Origin: Ylistrum balloti | Lineage: Eukaryota | DNA: 64,000 nucleotides | Assembly (NCBI RefSeq): GCF_031769215.1 | Contig: NW_026782277.1 | Span: 558,001-622,000, forward strand | Direction: 5' to 3' | Shown: positions 1 to 18,960 of the stretch, piece after piece | Layout: each line of letters begins with the position of its first letter | How positions within the stretch are numbered: position 1 is the first letter of the stretch | Program-made: the position numbers and the translations under genes | The notes under the pieces: generated by a model | Databases searched by the model: none | Told to the model about the DNA's origin: nothing | What the model saw: only the letters and a program-made list of their open reading frames with translations

Positions 1-328
1 CCGAAAGACCTCGGAGAGTTATGTGGCAAAATACATATTAAGACTTTTCATTAATTTTCAGTCCTATACCGACTTCGTTACTCATTTTTTACATGATAAT
101 TAAGTATTTGTGACTTGAAATGCTTTATTTGATACTATATTATTTTAAATAACATTTCTTATGTCGTCCTTATATTCCTTCTCAATTGCTGGTTAAATAA
201 ATAAAGGGGAGGTAACTCTAAATGTTGTTCTGATAGAGATGTAACAGGTAAACGTTAACATGTGAGAAATACTAATACACTATCACTCTAGTAAACGGAT
301 TTGTTTATAAATCAAAATGAAATTCTAA

Positions 329-460
<132 letters not shown>

Positions 461-1587
461 GTCATACCAGCGACATCCAGATCTTTTCTTCATGAAAGAC
501 ATTGGTGAACTCTTATACACAATCAGGTGAACAAAAGGAAAATCGACATTGAAAATTTGCAAATACGATATCATACTTCAGATATTCGGTTTTATCTCCA
601 TTTAGTATAAATTCCGTTGGTGAGTCACGTGATATTACGATGGTGTAAGATTAAGAACGGTTTATCGATGGTGGATGTACAAAGAATCCGTAAATAGATA
701 GATAAAACATTTAATTGTATGTTTTATTTTTATCTCATAAAACATACATTCTGTTTCCTTTCTGAATTTTTTATCGTTTTTAATATTCTTACATATAGTA
801 TACTGTTTAAAGTGAATACTGATGTGTATTATCTCCTGATGAGCAAAAGTACAGAAATATTGAAGTTAATGATTCTACATATGTTAAGTAAAATGTAACG
901 AGGCGGGATAGGACGTTTAACGATTCTAAAAAAAGACTTTGTATGTAAGTACGTATAATCATTCCCGGAGTTATCTCCTTTTATCTCTGTTATGTGACAA
1001 ATTATTTTGTGTCAAATTCCTAACTTCAAAAACTCCAATTTTTCTCCTGTTTTGTAATTGATATACTTTTTTCATTTCATGAGGGGAAGTTATAAAGCTT
1101 CGACTGTTAAATAATTTACGCTGCCAGTAAAATTTTGTTGAAATCTAATCGATCCAATGGTAATTGTGTATAGTGTCACCAATGAAAAAGTAAAAAAAAA
1201 ATACACTTCCGGAACACTTGGTCTCATTTTCATTGAACGATTGCGATTGCTTCTGTACAAATCAATATTTTTGTTGTTATTTATTGATGTAAGTACAAAA
1301 TAAACAAAAACAAATAGGAAAAAAAATGAAATCGGCTGAGCTTTAAAAATGTCAAGATAAAGCGAAATCAAACTAGCATTCCGGTAATCAACAATTCAGT
1401 AGTATAAAAACTATAGACTAATGTAAAGTCGGATACCAAATTTCGAGAGAACAATGTTTATTTAAATCATGGTTGAAAATATTAATGGCAGTTTTCAACA
1501 AAGTGATAAAATTCTAACAGGACCTTGTATTACGGAAACGCAAGGGCCATTACCATCACTAAACTGACAATACAAACATTCATTAGG

Positions 1588-1729
1588 TTTAACATCCTCA
1601 CACCAACGAAGGTCATGTATAGACCTTACGTGTTATATGTGTATAGAAGGGATGTCTAATTTAACTTTTGTTTGAAGAATTTAACTTCCTCACAACAACG
1701 AAGGTTATGTATAGACCATACGTGCTATA
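1588..1729. repeat. ~92-bp tandem repeat (TTTAACxTCCTCACAACAACGAAGGTCATGT...), left part, interrupted at 1730
   Basis: Units start at 1588 and 1680. The array resumes at 3480-3560 with the next unit start at 3523. Confidence 0.7.
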
Positions 1730-3479
1730 TGTCAACAGTTACCCGGTCCCGTTTCGCCCTGTATCACCGTCAACACAGGTTCGATGGGTACAGCTTGTTT
1801 TTGTTTTCGGAGGAGGACAAACACTGCTAATTTAAATGTAACAATTTATTTAACAGCAAACATTAATTAACAGGAATTATCAACACAGCATAGGCTGTTA
1901 CCGACACAGAGACCCCCATCTTACACCGAACACATAAACTTATCTATCTCTATACAAAATTACATTCCACCCAGCTATAGCTTCCCACCTGATAAAATAA
2001 CGAATTACGCTACCATCCCCCAACCTACCTCAGAGAAGGTTTCCACCCTGTGGAAGTTAATCCAACGCTCTGCACCCAAATTATTAGACATACTGCATCT
2101 TATACCCTAAAATGACAATACGAGACAGTTTGAACCAATCACAACACATCACCAGAGACAGAACACCCCTGACACGGACGAAAATGCAAGGAAAACAAGA
2201 CAGGAGAACTTGCACGTGATATACATAGACCTCCGACAAAACGGGTTACAGGTGACAGGACAAAACAATGGAGAGGTCACGGGTACACAGGGTACAAACA
2301 CTACAGTAGACCTGACACACGGACACCTGTATAAAGCCGACTAAAATTGAAGCATTGACAGCTTTATATCATATAAAATTACACAAGATATAATGTCCCC
2401 CGCTACAGAAGTAAATGACATAACCCAGTTCCTAGCTCACTGACGGCTTCCTAGTGATGCACTCGTATCGCGCATCTCTCCCCCCTGTGGAGTTGGTGGC
2501 TGGGATATCAACACTAAAAGGTCTCCCGAGGAGCTACATGCCAGCCTGTTCTGGGGACAGTCCCTCCTGCAGCTGAGCGTAACGTCAATCGGTCCCGTTA
2601 CTGCATGCGGAAGACCTAGCGCTCCAATAATACTGACCTTCTGTATCCTTTACAGTGTTGTACCCGCCATGTGAAACTTTAAAGATAAACGAAACGAACA
2701 CTAAACACTCATCCATCCATTCTCGTGATAGTTACCATAACTAACATTTAACATTTTTCCACAAATTACAATTAAATGATAATCCATCATTCGCTACTAA
2801 CATTCTATGAATTATATGTATGACAATACACAAGAACTACATTCTACGGTGCGTGATGAGATTCTATATCAAATTTCAACAAAAGTACAATATCGCAACA
2901 CGAAACAAATAAGGCGACTCCGGCCTTCCATAGATTTTTTTACCTACGCTATCAGTCGCCAGTTCACGCGCACACGACTACCGCTCACGGCTTCCATACA
3001 TATTTCACTCGAACGTAACAACATTTCAATGGGTAGTTAGCTGTTATACAACAACTTAATCATTAACATAATAGCAAATATAGATGTACAATAAGAACTT
3101 CAACTACAAAAGGAGCAAATTCAACGTTATATCCAGAAATTAAACCTGCATTTTACAATCCTGATAGCTACGCATGAACGAACACGCACCGATAATAGAT
3201 GGCTTGACCTATGATAGGGACATGGAAAATATGGCAATAAATAACCACAGAAAACCGCATATTACTAAAAACAGAAAGAATACTTACCTCAGTCAGATGT
3301 CAGGGCTCCTTTTCATGCCAAAAATGTCCCATGAATTAGGCCAACAGGTGACATACCACAACGGCCGTACTGCCTACCTGGGCAGGCGAAACTTGCTGTT
3401 TACGCTTACTGCTCACACACTCGCTCACGTGACCCACACAACACCACAATACCCAGGTAACATACAGATGTACGTGACA
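1730..3479 (-). mobile_element. 1.75-kb LTR-like insertion, probably a composite of two unrelated LTR-like segments
   Basis: Termini are TGTCA...TGACA. Removing 1730-3479 restores the flanking repeat period (93 vs 92 bp). An inner segment 2407->1730 on the minus strand reads TGTAGCGG...TGACA with AATAAA at 1846-1851. No target-site duplication and no gag/pol were recognised. Confidence 0.5.
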
Positions 3480-4537
3480 GTAGGGATAGTAGGGATATAT
3501 AACTTATCTTTTGTTTGAAGAATTTAACGTCCTCACAACAACGACGGTCATGTAAAGATGAGTGAACGAATGTCAAGGGGAGAACCAAGAGTGGAGAATA
3601 AAGTACAGATAAAAAACAGGATAGTACAGAAAGGAAACTATCGAGTATTGTAATGGAGACAGAAGGTTATTTATGATATCCACGAAGTAAGAGGCTTGAG
3701 AGATAATTCCTACGATAGAAATAGTCTGTTCTATCAACTCAGGTATGAAACTTTTACTTTGATAATTGTCTAGTGTTGTAAATATAACACTTCACGAACC
3801 TCACAAAAGCGGTAAGATCAGTCAAGGCATGGACGACATTTATTATTTAACCTGAAGAACAAATAATCTCAAGGCTGGTGACATCATGTCAAGGCGTTGA
3901 CAAGTATAGGCTAGGGGGTTTGATGTCAGATCTATTTCTATGGCTCCTGCTGAATTGCATAATACCACCGTTGTCAAAAAGATTGCTTACATAAAGTGCA
4001 ATTTATAGATCGAGATAAAAGGGTCCTTGAAATCAAATTGTCTGGATTTGTTCAAGGTCAAAGTAATGACATAATCACTTGTGTGTCATGTGTACAGTCC
4101 TTTGGAGCATTTTTATACTTTGTCATTCTATCTTAGGATTTTATTAGCGTCATGTATACTATGCTGATGAATATGCAAATCGACTAATAAAGGATGGGTA
4201 CATTTGCATATGTTTTTTGGTTTGATGTAAAATAAACTTAGTTTAATAAATATTCTAGTTTAACTTTCACTACTTGTGTGATGAATAAGGATATATGTTA
4301 TTAAATCCAACGAATCTGTTCTGAAGTCATGTCTTTTCCTCCTCTTTTTTTTTGTAAACTATCTGTATACCAATCTGTTTTCATTTTCTTCCATTAGAAC
4401 AAAAATATAAACAACAGCAAAAATACCAACTTGTCATCATAATCTTAATTAAAACTTAAAACCGATAATACTAGAGCAAACCATAAACAAAGAAAAGTTC
4501 ACAATAAACGCATGAAAAAAGACAGCGAGAATATGAA

Positions 4538-4695
4538 AAGATGTTTCGGAAGAGTAAGCGTCTTCTACTTCATCGACGACACACACGTTATGTACATCTA
4601 AGTAATTGCAAGTAAATTATATGTTCTCGAGTGGAAAAGCTATGCAAGAATGGAATCAGCAGGAATACTAACGAGCATCAAACATGTCCAACGTC
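4538..4695 (+). repeat. Dispersed SINE-like repeat copy (core GGTGTTCCGGAAGAGTAAGCGTCTTCTGCTTCATCGACGACAC)
   Basis: Recognisable core plus the downstream motif AACGAGCATCAAACATGTCC. About ten related copies occur in the window. Confidence 0.6.
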
Positions 4696-6749
4696 ATACC
4701 GCACAGGTAAATGATATTGCCTGTTGGTGTGAAACCATTTCATTTAGCATTTTTCGGTTTTGCATGCCGTTTCTGATATATCTTTATAGCTAATTGCTCC
4801 AGTGTTATTAGGATACGATGTGTTGTTTTCAGGGATTTGAGGGAAAGTATATAACCCAAGGAAATACATGTTTATATCGAATTACTTTCATCCATCTTTC
4901 CTTTCTTCAAGTATTAAATGTATATGCTTGTTTAAGGGGTCAGACGAACACTAAATCATCGTGTTATCATTGTGATTTGTCCTGTGTACCCCTTCGCTTC
5001 TCCTTATCTAAGCTCGTAGCGGCAGTGTATCTGGTGCATCCCCATTAACAATCATCGCTTTGACCCATTTCCACAGCTCACATTCCAATGACTCTAATAT
5101 TATACAAACTCCCGGTATCTGCCAAGGACATCATTTACCAGGCCCATGACCTATATCACCCTGCTCGACTTTGTTAGCAATCTATTAACTCGTCTAAATA
5201 TCATTGGCTTGTCTTGGGTTTTTTGTATAAATCTTTATTTAAATTCTGTCTGATTATATAGGATTCGACGCCATCGCAACAACGAAGGTCATTTCAAGAC
5301 AGTGTCAACAGATGACGGTGATATTTAAACCGTTATCTCATTCAGATGTTTTGACCTTTCAACGGTTTCCCGAGTCACCATCCATTACACAATCAATGGT
5401 TTACGAATTTATCCACGTGACTGTCATAACAAGCGGTGTACTGGCAAAACATAGTTAATTTCATGGTTACTCTTTATCCATAAATATATATATTAACAAA
5501 CTTTAAAAAAAAATTCACGAAATATGGTTTAAAAAAAAACAAAAAACAAAAAACCGACGAAATCTGTGTTCCGCGAAAATATATATGTTTTAGCAAGACT
5601 CAGCCAAAGTCGTTATTATTATTTTTTTTTCTTTCTTTCTCGTTTATGTCCCCATCAGTGCCAATCGCTCCAAAAAGTAAAAAAAAATGGGACAGAAACT
5701 ACCAAGTTTGATTCAAATTTAATAGTGACGTCGACTTTATTTAAAAATACGTAATATTTGGCGGGAAATGGTATTTTAAATTCTGTTATGTATCATATAA
5801 TGATCTTTTCTTGGTATCTGTCAACTTATACATCACTAATATTAGGTTTAGTATTTATATCTGGAAGATAGGGGTGTTATTGTGTTGTTTTCATTAGGCT
5901 TTGAAATTGCTATCGTGTCCTCTCTTAAAGTGTATTAGATGAATCGCTGATAGTTGCTGCACGCTAATTACATACACAGACATCCAGCTATATGTCGGAT
6001 CACAGTACAAAAGACACATCATGAGTTAATAATAGTTTCACTCCTTCCTTGTTTTTTTTTTTAATATAGAGCAAACTTTGCTGCCTAATTGTCCGTAGTG
6101 AAATTCTGGATGATATGTTCTAAAGGTACTTTGCGCTATTAAATAAGCAATTTTCGATTGCAATTTTGGACAATTGATTTTCTATATACGTGGCCCTGAT
6201 AATGCAAAAAGGTTTATTTTCATAAAATAAATTATTCTGTTTTTTCGCGGGTTGAACTAATCAGTAAAAAACAAGAAAATACCAATGTATCAACATAATA
6301 GATATTTAAAATATATTTTGTTTTTTTCTTTTTAATTTTTTAGGAAAATTGACAAAAAAAAAAAAAAAAAAAAAAAAATGAACCATCGATAAAATTGCAG
6401 TATATATACTATGTAGTTGGCGATCTCAACTGGAGAGACATTACAGCAACAGTTTCCGTATCACTCAAAATAGGAAGAAATCACGTTGTCGATGTGTAAT
6501 GTAAAATGCATAATCTGAATTTCGCACAACAACACGACATATTGTAGGAAAAAATGGTTTATTACAGTGAAATAGTCTTTAGATCATACAAAAATAGTGA
6601 AATTGCTAAACTGGATGGACAGAACACAGCGAACAGGCTGTGATCTGTCTACTTGACAACATTTTCTTACTAAAAAAGAAGTTTATATCACCATAGTATA
6701 GTATAATTAAACCAGCCAAAAGCTATTAGAAAAATAGTCACTATTGTCA

Positions 6750-10388
<3,639 letters not shown>

Positions 10389-11394
10389 CTGTTCAAAAAG
10401 AAAGAAAATGTAAACAAGGTGATTTACTTAATGCATATTTCGTCTTTTATGTACTATGCATTTTGTTTTGATATCTTTTAAAAAAAATTGCTATCACTCT
10501 AATTCGCAAATTTGATAACTTTGTCAGAAATTTTTCTATAGACTGGATACCTTATCTATTTTTAGGTGGTAAACGTCCTCACAACCGCCTGGTTCTTACC
10601 ATTATATGTGCCAAACGGGGCATATTTAGTAGAAAATACAGCACAGAAGGAATGACTAAAACACGTAAGAAATTGAAATACTAAGATACAGTGTGTCAAA
10701 ATGAGAAAAGTAGATTCACTGTACTCTCTCCAACGCCCCCTTAGTACAATAAGATCAGTAAAGCTACTCCAGACCTGCAGGGCACCAGATCTACAATACT
10801 GCAAGAAAGTCCCTTCTGTAGTTCGTCAGAGATAACCGTAGGAAACTCATCTTTTGTTTCAAAACTCGAAATGGACATTGTGGTCAGCCATGAGTGTGAA
10901 CTCAACTAAAATTTTGGCATTTACAACTAAAGCATAATCCTGACGACAGTTAATGCATAAGGTCGTTTAGTAATAACATAATATAGATGATGCCGTTATA
11001 GGTTTATGTTACAAACCGTAAACATATGTATTTTAGCGATTGCCTAGTTTTAACGAAATATTTCAATCGAAAAACGCTAGAAAGGCAGCCTATTTCGCTA
11101 ATTGCAGTTTCTGCTAAAATTGATTATTGAATATACGCGAATTTATCATTCCGCTTGCTCACGCAAAACGTATTACATAGGTATAGAAAAAACAATCCTG
11201 TGATAAAAAAATGTTAACGTGACTTGTACAGATACATACTGACTACTTATAAAGGAAACACAAAACAATGCAGCAATCATGTATATATTAAAGATATTTG
11301 AAATCGTTATTATAACGACAAAATGTTTGAATGAGTATGCGACGTGGTCAGTGATTGGTTAAAGAATGACAATCCTGTTACCAATACAACTTAC

Positions 11395-11490
11395 CGTGCT
11401 CTTTCAGTCTCCCACCGGCACTGTGAACTCCTTCAACAGGTGACAATATTTACAGGGACATAGCTCAGCTCGGAGTCACGTGATCCGAGT
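11395..11490 (-). promoter_or_regulatory. Predicted non-coding exon 1 and core promoter of copy A
   Basis: Donor GTAAGT at 11394-11389, TATA-like TGTAAATA at 11454-11447, and ATCACGTGAC (CACGTG at 11477-11482) 22 nt further upstream. Confidence 0.6.
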
Positions 11491-14145
11491 ATTTACTAAG
11501 GTACCTAGATAAGGATCAATCTGTCTTAGCGGGTTTTCCCTTATTTCAGGATTTTCTTTTTATTTGATTATATGAATATTTACAAGATGTATAATATATA
11601 TAGCCCGTAATAAGAATTTTACAACGTGTTGTCAGGAGACGCTTAGAAAAAAAACAAAGAGGCAATTAGGACCATTCATTTTTTTTTTATTTTATGAGCC
11701 TGATTTACCTATCGAAACACGAACGATACTGCTATTTGACAACAATATTTTACGGGTCTGAAGTATCGAATTTATATATATATGTACATCTATTAATTTC
11801 CTGTCGTCAGAGTTACAATATTTACTAATTTGATATATTGGAAGAAACAAAAACGGACGATTTGCAAATACAGCACGAGGGTCTTTGAAAACAAAACTGC
11901 TTTCTCATTTTCGTTTTATTGTAGTTATGGAGTAAAGGCTAATGTTATCGTGTATTTTGTTTTGATTTGTTTATTTGTGTTATCACAAAGGTCAAGTGTA
12001 AACTTGTTTTGATGGCGCCAATTATAAACACTTTAAAGCACCAGCGTACTGCAATGTCATAACTAGCATATATGTATATCAACACGACGTTCCACCCAGA
12101 ACATCATAACAACGGGGAGCTTAATCAGTGATGTAGATTTAGGTCAAATACGGTCATTTCTTATCTGTGTATCTACTTTACTCAGATTTTGAAATCTTGG
12201 CAGGGGACATCACGAACTCTGTGTTATCTGGCATCGCACACCCGTCTGTCTGTTTAACACAAATATGACCTCAGTGTACACTGAGTATAGTAAGGTAGCA
12301 TGGTATCACCAGACATCATTCCTGTGCAGAATACTGTAAATTATCATATTTTGGTAAGACTCATTCGTGTAAATCTAGATTTGTCGTGAATAAGAACTTG
12401 AATATGTACTTCTTGTGTAAAACTAGAAATAAGAAATCAACTGTATTGGAAGACAATTAAAATATTTATCACTGAAAAATGGAAACAAGAATTTCTCTTT
12501 AAATGATTAAAAATTCGATCATATTTGTATATGATACGCAAGGACTACGTGAATATTAAGGAATGACAACACCAGGCTGCAAATCAATTAAGATAGCCAT
12601 TTATTTGTATATTTGGTCAGTTTTCTGAAATCGGCAATGTTGCTTTCACACTGCAATCTTAAAAGTTGGATTTCATGTCAGATTTGGAGCTGTTCTAAAG
12701 TACAAATTAAGGTTTGCATCGATATGGCAGACAACCATCTAAGCTAGAATATTTTGAAATAAGGAATGAAGTCAGGTTGATTTTTTTATTTTCAACACCC
12801 ACTCCCCACTATCATTCAGGTTGATATAACTGAACCATTTAAAATGTCTAAATATTGGAAAGCAAATATAGATATGTTTTGTGTGTTTATACGATTAGCA
12901 TTCAAGCATACAGAATACACAGTATCTTTATTAAGGGAAATCTAAGCTGTAAAAAGGTTACGTACTTAACCAATTAAAAACATTTTCTTATTCTTCAAAA
13001 TTTTAGTTACGTAACATTCAGCAAGATATTTTGCATATCGTTTATTGAAAATAAATATAATTAAAAAGATAGTGTTCAATATAAGGTTGGTTGTGATTGA
13101 ATGTCGTTTCTCGGATATTTTGTTGTATTGTAATTTAAGCTGCTAAGAACTGGAATGTGTTGTTCTTTTACATAATGCGTCAATATATTAGTATATTCCT
13201 GTGTTGTTTGGCTATTTAATTGCAAATGTCTCCGCTGTCTTGGAAGTAATATGCTTAGCTAGCCCCGTAACAGTAAAAGTATCATAATACAAGATGTACT
13301 GATAGTCGAACAAACAAAAAGGAAGATATAAAGTTTAAAATTTTTAATGCATTATTTTCCCGTGACTAAAATGCATGCGATTAAGATTTCTCAATCAGAT
13401 ATGGGACAAATCGATATAAATAAAATCAGATCAAAATGGGTTTTTTTTCTGATCGGTGGCGAGGATGTTTAAATCGGCACAAAATTTGAAACCCCATATA
13501 GCTACAGCGGGTTGTCATTGATATTACAATTACAATTAATAACGTGTTCTGTGGGCCAAAACTGATCTGCAGGTAAAAAAATGAATTTGTCAGCACTTTA
13601 TTTTTGTGGATTTGAAAGTCCTTTTCATAATAGGGGTACATTGAAACTTTGTAAATTATAAATGACATACAATTGTTCCAAACCGGTCTGATGCCATGTT
13701 ATATAGAAGTGGTTTAGATAGAGAATCTCGTACGTTTGTCTCATTTTTAGTAAATCTTTTACACATTCTGTCCTTGTGATTTTCGAATTCGATCAAGGTC
13801 ATTCATTTCAAAACGTTACCAGAACTCAGTCTTAGCAAGCTTCAAGCCGAATAACAGCATCATGTCATTTATTGTGAGAAGTCGTTTGAGTACATTTGAC
13901 ACATTTAACACATTTGACATATGTGATCTTAACCTGGACCAAGGTCATTCATTTATATATTATTGGTAGTCCTTTATCATAGCATGCTACATGTTTTGAT
14001 TAGTACCCCTGGCATTTATGTTATGAAATAAAGTCTTTAGAATATTTTGACTTTATTTGATCCCCGTGCTATTTCTGCAGCGGTTATAGTTTGTATTTAG
14101 GGAAAACCCATTGTGAAATATTCTATTTACTTCTGTGATATGAAG

Positions 14146-14280
14146 CTGGACGTGTTTGCTGTTCGTTAGTTTGACTGTTATTTCCACTCTTGTATACCTG
14201 TTTCTCATTTGGACACGTGACATTACGTACTTGGATTGACCACGATTTGCATGGCATATGTCGTCGATGTCACAGAAATC
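14146..14280 (-). repeat. Dispersed SINE-like repeat copy
   Basis: The reverse complement matches the 3' two-thirds of the family (CATCGACGACA...ATGAGAA.AGGTATACAAG...AAACACGTCC). Confidence 0.55.
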
Positions 14281-15418
14281 TCTATCGAAAATATCTTTAC
14301 TTCATCTTCATACTTGTATACATGGTTTTATATTGTTACATATCAACAAAAATGTCAAAACTTATAATTTAGCAATGTAAACTTGCAGAATCGTTGTTAA
14401 CCGGGGTCACCTTGACGTATCTCTGTTGCTATCTAATTGAATAATTGAGCAACATAATGGATGCCCATTTGATGGCATACCATCTAAATCAATTAGAATA
14501 ATGTGTTCTGATAAGGACGCAAACATGACAGCAAGGATCGAGATCTTCCTCGGATATCTGAGATACAGAACACAGAAGACAACGAACATTGAACAGTATA
14601 GAATGATATGCCTCGTAATTTCGCCTGAGGTAGCATCGACCGTTGCTTTACACATCGAATTATTATAGTTCCATACGGTAAATTACTTACATTTCGCGTG
14701 GGATATATTTCCATATTAATGCACTAGGACAGTCAATCGCGAATTCAAATCTTTCGCTATTATTTCTAAGGAAAACAATTCTAAATTGCATCAATTTCAC
14801 TAGGTTACCGATATCGGAGTCGCGTTGAGTTCGTGCCTCTAATGGCTAATTATTCACGAGTTTGAAGTTATTTCAAGATCAGAATGCGCGAAATCCTGTA
14901 TTTGCGAGTTTGACTGGAGAGTTAAGTCTGTGAAATAAAGTATACGGTAAATGTAAATTATCTGCCGCGTTCAACATTTAAGCTCTGTAAGTCTACATCG
15001 AATGCTATAGAATGTAAAGATTAAGGAAAAAACCCAAAGCTTTACAAAAAAGTAATTTAATTTCAGAAGAAAACAAAATCACAAACAGCAAATTACAATA
15101 CGATGACAATGTATTACATTTGATAGAGATATAAGGAGATTGCAGTTTAACAGAAACAACACAAAAATATTGAATGAATATAACATGAATTTGCATGCTA
15201 CATTTTATGATTTTATGCTTATTTGTAAACACTCTATGCTGTTTTTTTCAAAAAGAGTATTTTGTTCATGTCAAACACGTCGAACAAAAAATAATATTCT
15301 ATGTATTGCAAGACTTAGGTGTAGTTGTATTCCCAATATCAATATCTTGGCAAATATCAGTAAGTCATTTAATTTGTTGGACAGCTAACGAGTTAACATT
15401 ATAGCTGATAGTTAGTCT

Positions 15419-18380
<2,962 letters not shown>

Positions 18381-18868
18381 CTGTCAAAAAAAGGTAAATA
18401 TTGACATATATAGTATATCTATCAGTTTTGATTTGTGCAAGTATTTGCTTCTGCCTGAATGAACGGCAGAGTCATGTGCAAATAATAACAAAAATATATA
18501 AAAATATAGGGACTTTCCCTCAATCTAACTCGATCTAAATCTACAGGTGTCCTTATTGCAATCGATATTAATATTTTGTTACATCTAACCCCTCAGAAAA
18601 GAAATGGAAGTCAACTTTCTTTTTGTCTGAATCTACAATTGAGTATTTTGTGTAAAACAGAGACCAAAAAAAATAAAAAATAAATAAATAAACACGTGTT
18701 TTTTCGCCCAATGTATCTCCAATGACTAAAAACAGATTCACAAAGTCCCTCTTTTCAGCCGATTCTTAATTATTAGATAATAACATTTTACTCTAAGAAA
18801 AAAAGATAAAGATATAAACTTCTTTATTGGTGTGACTATCTCGTGTAACAGCCTGCGATCAAACTCAC

Positions 18869-18960
18869 CTTGTTTGTTTAAGGAATCAGCCGAGAATGTA
18901 AAGTCTTTAGAAGACAAGCTGCCAAATATATATAGGTGAACTAGCTCGGTACCACGTGAT
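18869..18960 (-). promoter_or_regulatory. Predicted non-coding exon 1 and core promoter of copy B
   Basis: Donor GTGAGT at 18868-18863, TATATATA at 18927-18934, CACGTG at 18953-18958. The flank GCTCGG....CACGTGATCC is shared with copy A. Confidence 0.6.

Noticed and set aside
624-633. GTCACGTGAT just downstream of the edge cathepsin copy as another promoter
   Set aside because: No linked first exon or downstream cathepsin coding exon was found. It is a single motif in 3' flanking DNA.
3174-3518. 114-aa ORF in the LTR-like insertion as gag or pol
   Set aside because: It has no retroelement protein motifs and runs across the element boundary into the host repeat.
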